Assembly (NCBI GenBank): GCA_030141605.1
Contig: JAQGDQ010000451.1
Location: 62,001-126,000 of the forward strand
Source of the DNA: Tubiluchus corallicola
Taxonomy: Eukaryota > Animalia > Priapulida
Reading direction: 5' to 3'
Length of the DNA stretch: 64,000 nt
Part shown: positions 15,101-25,400 of the stretch, one piece after another
How positions within the stretch are numbered: position 1 is the first letter of the stretch
Layout: the number at the start of each line of letters is the position of its first letter
The notes under the pieces: model-generated
What the model was told of the DNA's origin: nothing
Database searches by the model: none
What the model saw: the letters and a program-made list of their open reading frames with translations, nothing else
Position numbers and translations under genes: made by a program

Positions 15101-18100
15101 GGATATGTGAATAACTAGAAAATCTTAATTGCCAATTTATGAACGATTTTGCTATGCAAGCACACATATACATATTATATGGTTACGTGCAGTAAATTAA
15201 TGTGTGGTCAGATAGCTTAAAATTATGCATAGTAACGCTTGTCTAGTAGAGTTTAGTGCTACTACTTCTTGGAATCCTGTTATGTGCCTCGGTGGTTTTC
15301 TTTCTTTTTACAGCAATGACACCCTGAACTCAAATAGTTCTTCCTGGCACAGTTTTTAACCCTCTCCCAATCGGATTTATCTAGACAGCAGTTGTCCTCA
15401 TAGGGCAACTATGACATTGGGACTGATCACCAATGCAAAATTATTAACAAATCTTGTAAAAGCCTACGTTCTAACAGTGGCACCCCAATTCCAAGATGCC
15501 AAGGGCAATTAACATTGAGATGATCATCCAAGGAAAAATTACAGACAAACCTTACTGCATCTAGGCACTAACAGTGACGCCCCAAATGTAGGATGTTAAA
15601 TATCTTAAAATAGTTACCGAATCCAAATGGACAGACTTTTTGATAAATGCCAAAGTTCCAATCACATCGTGAAAAACTAGCGAGCATGCGTATGCTACAA
15701 AACACATAAAATTATTTTATTAAAAATGCATGTTCTTCATAAATACATTAATTTAGTGGTTTACTAAATATTCTAACCAGTATGGTCGTTTACATGTACA
15801 CCACAGTCACAAAGCCATTATAATTTATAGTAACATACATAAAGGAAAATAATGCGCAATTTTACATCAATGAGCTCTCATTAAAATCTGTTGTATAAAA
15901 TATTTGAAAATTAAATGTTGTTTTTCAGAGAATGACAGGTCTGCCAATCACAACTCTCACGCAATAGGCGAGTATCACGTGCATTCTACATCCTTCATAC
16001 GTGCCCGCATCAAATTCCAGTTCTCACACATTCTGCAACTTCACACGCCAGTTTGCAAATCACCTAGGCGCTATTACACTTTCGCACCGCCTACTTTTTT
16101 CTGGCCCATCCTTTGTTTTCACGCCTGTAGACCAACAGGCCATAAAGCAGACCAACAGGCGTAATATACACCATATTCCCATAATATTATAGGTTTTTAG
16201 GCATTACAATTTCAAATTAAAGTTATTCATTACTTACCGCCGCCGACACGCAAGAAGTTCCACGTGAATAACTGTTTACACACTAATGCGCAATCGCTGT
16301 CGCGCAGTGACGTATGTGGCCTTTAACCTGTATTTTTAGTTTCTTTACATAATTTATGATTACTATGAGTTGCAGCCACTGGAGTTTGTGCCATACTATA
16401 TAATAATTCATTACAGGCCAACAAATCTGTTTTGCATGTATGTCAAGTTGTTAGCTGGTCAACTTGTAACAAAAAATAAATTGCTTTCAATATTAAAAAT
16501 ATGTATGTTTATTTTTATTGTACTTTCCAGCTATTTTTTATTAATCTTACTAACAGACATCATCACTACCTATCAAACCATCAAACCGTCACTATCATCA
16601 CTACCATCGGCAATAATCTTCTTGTTCTCTTTCTTCTTCTTGTTCCTATTCTTGTGGTTGTTGTTGTTCTGTTTCTCTATCTGTCTGCTGCTGCTGTTCT
16701 TGTTCTTTTTATTTTTATTCTTCTTTTTATTTTTCTTGTTCTTGTTTTTTTGTTCATGTTCTTTTTGTCCTTAATTGTTGTCCCTGTCTGTCTGTTGTTC
16801 TTCTTCTTTTTTCTCTTCTTTTTGTTCATCTTTTTTATTTTTCTTCCTCATCTTCTTGTTTTTCTTGTTCTTGTTCTTTTTTCTTGCCCATGTTGTGTCT
16901 GTCTGCTGCTGTTCTACTTTTTCTTCTTTTTGTTCTTTTCTTTATATTTTTCTTCTTCATCTTCTTGTTTTTCTTGCTCTTGTTCTTCTTTTCTTATCCA
17001 TGTTGTGTCTGTCTGTTGTTGTTCTACTTTTTCTTCTTCTTCTTCTTCTGGTTCTTCTTCTTGTTTTTCTTCAATTTTTCATGAATCATGTTTTTCTTAT
17101 GGAAGGTTTAAAATTATTTATTGCATATGGGATTACAAGTATGCAGGTGTTCGTTTTTTCAAATGTCCTGACATCCTGAGGGCTGCGGTTTTTTAGGTGA
17201 ATTCCGATTAGAAAGCTGACATCCCGAGGGGTGGGGTTTTATAGGTAAATTCCAATTAGAAAGCTGACATCCCGAGGGGTGGGTTTTTTTAGGTGAATTC
17301 CAATTAGAAAGCTGCCATCAAATGTATTCATATGCAGTAGTGACAAAAAAGCGATTTAACGATAATATTTTGTGGTCGCACAAACCCTAAAACTAATGAG
17401 TAAGCCATTGTTTTAAGTATACAGTAAATAAAACAGTAGGCGGGGGTGGCGGCTGTGAGCATATGGAGGGAGTATTTATTTGGCAGCACTGCAAATAATT
17501 ATACTTCATTTACAACAATGCTAAAATGTGATAAATATAATACTTTTTGTGGACAGAAACAGTAGCAAAAGAACTTTTTATTTGTTTTCCACTACCCTCC
17601 TCCGTCCTCATGGGCCCCTATACTAACTTGAATTTTTTGCATACTTTTGTGAGAACGGAAATAAATTTTAATGTGTAAAAATGCAGCTGTTAGTGTCGAC
17701 AGCTAATCGACGCCCTGATAGAAACGTGTTTGTTAATCTGACAATGATGAAAATGGGGGAAAGATTCCGTGGAAATATTGTGGACACCACAAATTGGTGC
17801 AGGCAATATGGTTTGCTGGCAGTGGAGATGGTCTGCCCAGAATGTGACGAAGCGTGTCATGAAGGCGTATTCAAGGGCTGTCGATGGAAGAGCCTGGCAC
17901 TGCCAGCAATGCCGTAAAATGGTAAACATTAGAAATGGCGGTTTTTTTGAGAAGTCTCACTTAGCCTTATGGCAAATTTTAGGCTGAACATATTTATGGT
18001 GCACCACTTGTGGAAAGGCCAAAGGCTGTCGGTGGAGATGCTCATGAAAGAGCTAGAAATAGGGTCTCCCACCACTATTTTTGATTGGCACCAGTTTTGC

Positions 18101-19478
18101 AGAGACGTAGCTGTGAGATATTTTATCAACAATCCCGAACAGCTGGGCGGCCCTGGGATACTGTCGAAATTGACGAATCTCTATTCGTGTGCCGGAAAAA
18201 CCACCAGGATCATGTAGTACAACAGCAATGGGTCTTTGGGGCCTATGAGGCCGAAACGAAAAAGGGTCTTCTCGTGCCTGTGGCAAGTAGGGATGCGCAA
18301 ACCCTGCTTTCCATAATTCAACAGTGGGTCAGGAACAACTATCTGGTCTGACATGTGGCGGGCGTACAATGCCATACCGCTAATGGCTGGTGGCTATGCA
18401 CATCAGCAACTGATTGGAGATTATTTAATTGAATATATGTGGGCTCAACGTTTTTTAATTTTTGGTTTCAAAATGCAGATCAACTGTATGTTGTTTAATT
18501 CTTCTTTTTAATTGAAGTTCACGAATTTTGAAAGTTTCAATTGCATTTATTTATTGTTCTTTAATTGGTATTGTTTTGAGTTGTTGCATTCTTCATTACT
18601 GGTGAAATCTCGTTTACTATGTCTGCACAAGAAAACAAAAACACACAATTGTTGGAAATCAATGTTTATTAAAGTACGATTTTTGTTTCTCTGTCAGTGT
18701 ATAGTCAGACCCAAGCTGGCATATACAAGGAAATTATTTTAGACACTACAGTTATCTATCATTAATTTTATTTATTACTGTAGTATTATTAGATTACAAA
18801 AGTAAAGTGTTTTTCTTTATTTCGTAAATGCAGTTAAGATAAAAGTGTGTCACGTGCCTTTTAAGTTAGGCCCTGATGATGCATGAACTAATATGAAATT
18901 CGTCACGTGACTCCCGACAAACATGATGGCGATACGAACGGTATAGTGTACAACTGTCAATACTACGTGATTATTTGTAATTATACGCTAAATATAACTA
19001 AATTATCACGAGATTATCGGAAACATTAACTGATGACGTGAGAATAATAGAATAATGACTTACGAGTCTAGAAACGAGTAATAACCTAGAAAAAAGTAGG
19101 ACTAGGAGGTGCGAAAGTGTAATAGCCAATCACCTGTTTCAATTCAATGATTTCCTTTGTCATCAGTACCAATCACACACAATTAGTAGTACTACTCTCA
19201 ATAATATAGTAGCGTTTACGAATCTCGCGATGCCTACTATTAAATTAAAGTAAAGGCAGTAAAGCATAATCAATTTCTAGGTGAAGTGATTTAGCACTGT
19301 GCACAGCATCTAAAATTAAAAACCTACCAACTTCACTTTCTTGTAGATCTTCTAAACATTCTCGGGCAATGTCTGCAACAAAACTATGCGCATTCTCAAC
19401 GCTACCATCAGAAATACTATCTGAATGTGGCAAACAAGTGTGTAAATCGCTAAACAAACTTTCTGTTACTCGCGCCAT
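3116..19478 (-). CDS. PRKDC: DNA-dependent protein kinase catalytic subunit, N-terminal HEAT region; 11 coding exons (372 codons), gene continues leftwards
   Basis: GT-AG exons, phases consistent: 19478-19328 (MARVTESLF..ECLEDLQESEV), 15694-15618 (AYACSLVFHDVIGTLAFIKKSVHLDS), 13189-13097 (LKLAKSELLQFLCKFIHDIDKKVLPYAVDIK), 10941-10867 (NTCMSVLSRDK..), 9379-9271, 8103-7991 (KKELYHLLGVIAEFYPELMVSYSEKLLGIYVTELKIQ), 7392-7293 (MKSQSKKPDMPVIVGCLLGL..), 6091-5943 (..VRYEVPKSGLGLLEKHAAQFSQFLIEDY), 4651-4559, 3941-3879, 3208-3116 (YFIQEF..KDVAIAVRGYGYFAA). Colinear with recalled human DNA-PKcs (e.g. [35 protein letters not shown]). No further exon recognised in 1-3115. Confidence 0.93.
4816..5842. mobile_element. 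Old hAT-like non-autonomous element (contains a SINE)
   Basis: CAGTGTTGG..AGTAATG ... AGTAACAAACCTAACGCTG termini with repeated GTAAT/GATTAC subterminal motifs; 8-bp TSD only half conserved. Confidence 0.5.
5135..5326 (-). mobile_element. tRNA-derived SINE, copy 1
   Basis: Minus-strand head GGGGCTGAGTGGTCTAG (A-box-like)..GAGTTCGATT (B-box-like); body matches 9735-9930; ends near AATAAATCT-like tail. Confidence 0.7.
6677..7182. mobile_element. piggyBac-type MITE nested in an older inverted-repeat element
   Basis: TTAA-CCCTTTCA...TGAAAGGG-TTAA ends; internal inverted pair TGTATCCTGTGGGATAC / TGTATCCCACAGGATACA. Confidence 0.8.
8744..8880 (-). mobile_element. LINE 3' end with (TCTAA)n tail
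   Basis: (ATTAG)n tail plus a GC stem flanking GGTCATCTAG; same layout at 14238-14370. Confidence 0.5.
9735..9930 (+). mobile_element. tRNA-derived SINE, copy 2
   Basis: AAGTGGTC..GAGTTCGAGTCTAGCGGCTGC..CCTTACCTGTATTG..AAATAGTCATTAGT..GAGTGACGGTTAATAAATCT, inverted match to 5135-5326. Confidence 0.7.
11290..12293 (-). mobile_element. LINE (CR1/L2-group) 3' fragment
   Basis: Minus strand: LWNKLPDNLKNASSLKQFK, then CRC..EDLSQYFLQCP (C-terminal Cys motif); putative (ATTGAA)n tail after AATAAA near 11290-11320. Confidence 0.55.
12294..12850. mobile_element. Partial related Kolobok-type element abutting a LINE fragment
   Basis: Starts TTAAAGCAAAACCGGAC and shares CT.TAAAATATTGAAA with the reverse complement of the 45920 copy; other end not identified. 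Confidence 0.45.
14238..14370 (-). mobile_element. LINE 3' end with (TCTATG)n tail
   Basis: (CATAGA)n tail, and stem CAGGGCAGG..CCTGCCCTG flanking GGTCATCTAG. Confidence 0.5.
16600..17080. repeat. Low-complexity (TTC/TTG)n-rich tract with internal duplications
   Basis: Pyrimidine-rich degenerate trinucleotide repeat; CCATGTTGTGTCTGTCTG block repeated; source of spurious F/L/S-rich ORFs. Confidence 0.9.
17169..17316. repeat. ~49-bp tandem repeat x3, possibly subterminal repeats of a DNA transposon
   Basis: CTGACATCCCGAGGGGTGGG(T)nTAGGTGAATTCCAATTAGAAAG repeated three times and ending in GCTGCC, just upstream of the Merlin remnant. Confidence 0.75.
17681..18450 (+). pseudogene. Decayed Merlin (IS1595/ISXO2-like DDE) transposase in PRKDC intron 1
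   Basis: Frame-shifted pieces join into a Zn-ribbon (CPEC..WHCQQC..IRNGGFFEKSHL), then TIFDWHQFCRDV..LGGPG/TVEIDESLF..QQWVFG..RDAQTLLSIIQQWV/GTTIWSDMWRAY, then YLIEYMW. At least 3 frameshifts, and the region that should carry the third catalytic residue appears deleted. Confidence 0.85.
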
Positions 19479-20001
19479 ATTCTGCCCTGAGAGTAACAAA
19501 ACTAAGTACTCGATAAATATACATGGAAATTTTTTCTACTTATTTTGAAACTTGCAACTAACCGCTGCAATATTTAAATAGCTTCTTACCGTTTTTATTT
19601 TATTTACAACCAGGTGTCTTATAACCTCTGCATAAATAGTCTAGTAATTTTTAAAACACAAATCTATTCTCGAGTGACGTCGTCTGGTGATATGCACGTG
19701 TGTTAACGTTCAATTCAACCACTTCAGGTTCTGTTCATAAATTTCTGGTGTGTTGAGCTGGTTTACATGTCAAAAAGTTCTGATACAGGTGCCTACTTCT
19801 AGTCTAGTCTATGGGTAAAAAGGAAAACAGAGTCTTGTCTACCATGGATAGTGCATTCTGACAAATTTTCAATTTTACACGAAGTACTCGTATAGTGACT
19901 GGCATTCCTAGGGCTGTGTTATATTCCAAACAATGAAACATCAATAAATGTATTAATATTGTAGTATAATTGTATAACTGACACGGTAGAAAAGCACATT
20001 C
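19479..20001. promoter_or_regulatory. Probable bidirectional promoter between PRKDC (-) and WDR46/APN1 (+)
   Basis: Divergent start codons at 19478 and 20002; locally more CpG than neighbouring introns; TGACGTC (CRE-like) near 19675 and CACGTG near 19695. Confidence 0.65.
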
Positions 20002-21792
20002 ATGGATCGTCAAAAGAAACATATAACAAAACGGAACGCAGGGCGATACTTTTCCACATCAGCCAAAACGTCGCACGACTTCACAGAGGAAAGTGATGGT
20101 GGTAAACGAACTGTAGTTAAAAAATCTAACCACATTCCCATAGAGTCGGCGAGCCGTGCTGTAGATGCACCGCCTGAAGAATATGTTTTAGATGATGAAA
20201 TTCTGGATACAAAGTGGAATATTCCGAAACATTTTCAACCACGTGACAAGTATCCAGGGGAGGCCCCTGTTTCACCAGAAAAAATTGAAAAGTACAGAGT
20301 AACTAAGAAAATCAAACTTGATGGAGTCAAAACAAAATTTCATTCGCGAAAGCTGTCACAGAAGGACAAGGCACTAGAGCTCGCAACAAAACAAGCTGCA
20401 AAAGCAGAACTTCTCCTTCAAGAAGAAACTGGCTATCTGGAGGCGGATGAGGGAGAAGACACGAGTCTCATTACTCAACATGAAATTGTGAGAACTGTTG
20501 ACATTTCAAGTGCAGAAAAACATTTCGAGTTGTACTTGGACAAATTTGGTCCATACAGGGTGAATTACACTCGAAATGGAAGGTTTTTGTTGCTTGGTGG
20601 AAAGCGTGGTCATGTAGCAGCAATTGATTGTCATACAAAGCGTCTCATGTGCGAATTCAATGCCATGGAATCCGTTCAGGATGCGAAATGGCTTCACACA
20701 GAAAACATGTTTGCCGTTGCTCAAAAAAAGTGGACATTCGTGTATGATAACCAAGGCATTGAACTTCACTGCCTTAAAGTCCTCGACTCGGTTCTCAGAA
20801 TCGAATTTCTGCCATACCACTTCCTGATGGTGACAGCCAATGCCAAAGGTTTCATATCCTGGCTGGATATATCAATTGGGAAACAAATTTCTGGGACTAT
20901 GACACACATGGGCCGGCTAGATGTCATGTGCCAGAACCCATATAATGCTGTTATTCACTTAGGTCACACCGGAGGCACTGTTACTTTATGGTCGCCAATG
21001 GTGAAAGAACCGCTAGTGAAAATGCTATGCCACAAATCAGCATTGCGTGGAATTGCCGTTGACAACACCGGCATGTACATGGCAACGGCTAGTGTGGACA
21101 AAACACTAAAAGTATGGGATGCGAGGAACTATAAGTGCTTGCAGTCTTACAAGATAGCAGCAGGTGCTGGCTGCTTATGTTTTAGTCACACTGGTCTATT
21201 GGCTGCTAGTATTGGTAATATAGTGGAAGTATATAAGGACTGCTGCACCCATTCAATATCCTCGCCATACATGATGCACAGACTCACACATCCAATTGCT
21301 AATATACAGTTTTGTCCATATGAGGATGTCTTAGGTGTGGGCCACATGAAAGGATTTGAAAGTCTAATTATTCCCGGTGCGGGGGAGGCAAATTTTGATG
21401 CATTGGAGGTAAACCCTTTCCGCACGAAGAAGCAACGACAGGAATGGGAGGTGAAAGCACTTCTGGAAAAGATACAGCCAGAACTGATCACTCTCAACCC
21501 ACATGAAGTAGGTGCAGTTGATACCCAAGAAGAAGCCACAAAACTTGATCCACGCACCAAACTTCTTACTATGAAGCCTGAAAAATCGACATTTGAACCA
21601 AAATTCAAGATGAAAGGAAAGAGCAAAGCTGGTAAAGCAGAACAACGGAAAAAGGGAAGGCGTGAAGAAGAAAAGAGGGAGTCTATCAAGGAGAGTCTGA
21701 AGTTAAGAAAAGAGGCAGAAGAAGCAGAAAAACCTCCCGAACCTGCTGGTTTAAAATCAGCTTTAGATATCTTTATTAAGAAGAAAAGCTAA
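20002..21792 (+). CDS. WDR46: WD repeat protein 46 / UTP7 (BING4), SSU processome component; single exon, 596 aa
   Basis: Uninterrupted ORF with family motifs FGPYRVNYTRNGRFLLLGGKRGHVAA, FAVAQKKWTFVYDNQGIELHCLK, LEFLPYHFL-like IEFLPYHFLM, and BING4 C-terminal motif FCPYEDVLGVGH..SLIIPGAGEANFDALEVNPFRTKKQRQEWEVKALLEKIQPELI. Confidence 0.96.
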   Translation: MDRQKKHITKRNAGRYFSTSAKTSHDFTEESDGGKRTVVKKSNHIPIESASRAVDAPPEEYVLDDEILDTKWNIPKHFQPRDKYPGEAPVSPEKIEKYRVTKKIKLDGVKTKFHSRKLSQKDKALELATKQAAKAELLLQEETGYLEADEGEDTSLITQHEIVRTVDISSAEKHFELYLDKFGPYRVNYTRNGRFLLLGGKRGHVAAIDCHTKRLMCEFNAMESVQDAKWLHTENMFAVAQKKWTFVYDNQGIELHCLKVLDSVLRIEFLPYHFLMVTANAKGFISWLDISIGKQISGTMTHMGRLDVMCQNPYNAVIHLGHTGGTVTLWSPMVKEPLVKMLCHKSALRGIAVDNTGMYMATASVDKTLKVWDARNYKCLQSYKIAAGAGCLCFSHTGLLAASIGNIVEVYKDCCTHSISSPYMMHRLTHPIANIQFCPYEDVLGVGHMKGFESLIIPGAGEANFDALEVNPFRTKKQRQEWEVKALLEKIQPELITLNPHEVGAVDTQEEATKLDPRTKLLTMKPEKSTFEPKFKMKGKSKAGKAEQRKKGRREEEKRESIKESLKLRKEAEEAEKPPEPAGLKSALDIFIKKKS

Positions 21793-22418
21793 ATAGTTAG
21801 AAAAAGCCAAATGTTAAGACTTATTGTGTTGTTAATATAAAACCATAATATAAATATATAAATATTTTGTTTATAAAAGAACTTTGCATTTTTTAGACAT
21901 CTGTAGATCAATAACATTTGTTTCGATAGAAAATATTATTATACTTAAGTAGACAGTTCGGTATGAAAAATATGTATGATTGTATGAATTAAAAGTAACC
22001 ATTGGAAATTGTCTGCACAATGTCTGATAAGCTGTTAGACTACGGTTAAACTAATTAAACAGGCTTTTTATGTATGTTATGAGATTTTTGGATATTGTAG
22101 CTTTTTTTGCTTTGTACATAATAAAAATCTGCAGAATACTTGAATTGAAGTAATTTCTGCAAAGTCAAAAGTCTCTTTACTGCTCTATTAATATTTGTGA
22201 CTGTAAAATGACTTCTGTTGTTGTCTCTTAACTTATTTTTGAGGAATCAGTATCCTAATTGGTTAATAGTCTGTGGAAACGTAAGGCATTTGGTAGGAAC
22301 AGTCTCTGTGCTAGTTCTTTTTAAGTTCATCAAACTAATTTAGCTGTTGAATTCTAAGTTACTGTTTAGTATTCCATTTTAAGCTTCTCATTTTAGAGCT
22401 GATGACACACTAAACAAA

Positions 22419-25400
22419 ATGCCTAAACTAAAGAACAGTTCGAAACACACCACTGTGCCAAAATCTGCTGACCAGCGGTTGACCAGGGCTAGGGCACGGG
22501 AGAATGACACTGCTGAAGCTGAAGGTGACATTGCAGCTGACACCTGTACTGAAAGCAGTGGTTTCAGGTTGCCAGTTGCAAAAACAGGAAGGAAAAGGCA
22601 AGCAGAAGATCTTGTAAGTGGGGTGAAAAACGCTGGAAGTCGTCGGAAGAATACTCAGCCTCAGCCACAGGTGTCAGTTCCGTCTGACGATATTGACACT
22701 GGCGAGTTAACAATTGATCTGGATGTAAAACCTGCTAAACAAAAATCTATCGCGGGAAGAAAAAGAAAGGCAGTGAAAGTTGAAATGCAGGAAGAAGCAA
22801 AAGGAATACAGTTAAAGAATCAGCCAAAGACTGCTGTTGCAACGAAAAAGAAAACGAAAATTGGTAAAACCAATAATGCTGAAGAAACAAAGCCAAATAT
22901 CAAAGAGTTAACTCAAGCGACATCTAGAAAGATAAGTAAAAGAAAGACTAATTCGGCGTTGAGGGAAGATGGTGAATCATTCAAGATTGAACTTGAAAGC
23001 AAAATGCACTTACCATCAAGGATGTCTCCCAGATACTCGGCCAGAGCCAGTAAGTTTGTTGGGGCTCATACTTCTATACAAGGTTTGCATTTATTTCAAT
23101 TACTTATTATCCACTCTGTTTACTTGATTGCCTTTCTAATCTGGTTTCTTAAGGCACAAGAAAACTCTCCATTTATATAAAGCTTAAAAAAATTCGTATT
23201 GAAATTTTATACTACTTACATACTGCCTTTTTTTACATATTAGACTTGCGTCGGCCATAGCGCTGTATGAAACATGGAAATTTTGACTCCCACAGCAACT
23301 ATTAGATGCAGCCATTTGGTGATAAGTCATTTGAAACAAGTTTAGATAACACTGAATAAAGTTCGAAAAAATAATCAAAGCATTCGTATCGTGCACGTCA
23401 CTAACTAAGTAAAATTTTAAATTATCTTATTTCCTCAACATGATTAAAATACGTTTTTTGGTTAGTGAGTTGTGGTGCACCCTGGAGGTGAGTCAACGAC
23501 ATTCTATCATTTGGTGAAAACATTTTAAATAATTGATTATTTTCTTTTCTAGTTTCCTTAGTCTTTCAAGCAGCTAAGGGAAATGCTAAGTAATATAACT
23601 TTGCTTTGGGACATAGTTTAACACTGCCGCTTCTGCCCCTGATTTACATTATGCGTATATGACGCCATGTAATGGCGTGGTCAGAACAGTGTCGCGGGAA
23701 ATTTAAAATGAAAACAAAAAAATATGTTCATTGCGAGTATGATAGATGCATAAAATTGCTTTAAAGTAATATAATTCTTTAATTCAATTTTTCTGAAACC
23801 TACTTCAGGTACCCCCTTTCTTGTGTCTTAAGTGCTTGTATAGTTCAGTACTTTACTGAGAATTTTATTTAAATTGTTGGTTGTTGAAGCACAGTTAAGC
23901 ACATTTAAGTGTTTTCAACTGGACAAATGGTAACTTATTTGCGTTGTTTAAGGTGGAGTGTTTAACGCTGTCGACAATGCTGTGGCCATTGGAGCAAAAG
24001 CGTTTGCACTGTTTTTGCGGTCCCAGCGACAGTGGGTGACAAAACCGATGGATGAGGGTGTAGCTGAGAAATTCAAATCCACGTGCGAGAGATATGAATA
24101 CAAACCTCATCTGATACTACCTCATGGTAGGTTGATAATGACCCTGATTTCTTGTGAACTTGTTGATAATAGAATACAGTATTTTGTATAATGTGGAGAC
24201 ATCTATTGAGAAAAACAAGGAAGCATTGTAAGGTAGCTCTTCTTTAATTTACGCAAAATATCTCATATTGATGCTGAGATTAAGGTCTCGGCTTTCATGG
24301 GAACGGTTTTTGTTTCTCTATGCAGACAAACCCAATAATTCGTACTGGTGATGAGATTAAAAAAATCTCTCATATGAAATATTTTTGTTTCTGTGTACAG
24401 ACAAACCTCTGCATGTAGACCCATTTGTAATTTATGTTGACCATTTTTTGTGTCGTCATTTTTTGCTTTGCAATGGTTTGTACAGTACACAGATAATTTG
24501 TGACATTTTGTGCATGTTTCTTTCTGCAGATTAGCTACCACACTGTACACTGGGTTCTTCCTTGTCTTAGCTGATAATGTTTCAGCAACTTCTAACATAA
24601 ATACATGTAATCCCAGGACATAACATTTTGGTTATATTTCAGCCACCAAAATGAGTTTTCTCATGAACTCATAACTATGCCAAATTTGAGTTGAATAGAG
24701 TTAACAGTTATTTTAGTTTTGGTTAATAACAACAAAACACTAACAAATATGAGTAACTTTATCTTCCTCCTGTAATTTTATCTTGCTAGGCAGTCCTAAA
24801 GCAGATTTGTATCAAAATTTCATGCAGCCATGTGTTAATTCGTGTGGTTCTGATTGGCTGTGCAAAAGTCGTAAATATTCATTTAACTTAACGTCATTGA
24901 CACTTGTAAAGTGTCAGTGTATTTAGATGAATGACCAGAATCATTTGAGAGCTGGCGCCTTTGGCTCTGCATGTATGTTGCTGTTTGTCATTGTCTACCC
25001 TTTCTGATTGGCACCGTTGTTACTAATAGTTTCTTATACACTTGTAGGATCATATTTACTAAACTGCGGAGCTCCGAATCCAGAGACCCTGCGGAAAAGT
25101 CGAGAGGCACTCGTCGATGAACTCCAGCGGTGTGAACAGCTGGGCTTGACGATGTTCAATTTTCATCCGGGTTCAACTTGTGGGGAGATTTCGGTGGACG
25201 AATGTTTGGACAAGATTGGAGAGAGTATAAATATGGCACACAGCAAGACAAAGTATTGCATGACTGGTAAAATATTTAAAGGAAAACAGTACTCAGTAAT
25301 AGACTACAGCTTCAAAATGCGTAAAGATTATGTGCAAGTTCAGTAATAAAATTTGAAACGGTGAAGTTAGAACTAGGCAAATTTTCTAGTTTTATTGTCA

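Noticed and set aside
16370-17196. Long hydrophobic ORFs (134-231 aa) resembling membrane proteins
   Set aside because: Stop-free by-products of a TTC/TTG low-complexity tract, open in several frames at once.
20506-21689. Antisense/alternative-frame ORFs over WDR46
   Set aside because: Shadow ORFs of a real coding sequence with no recognisable motifs.
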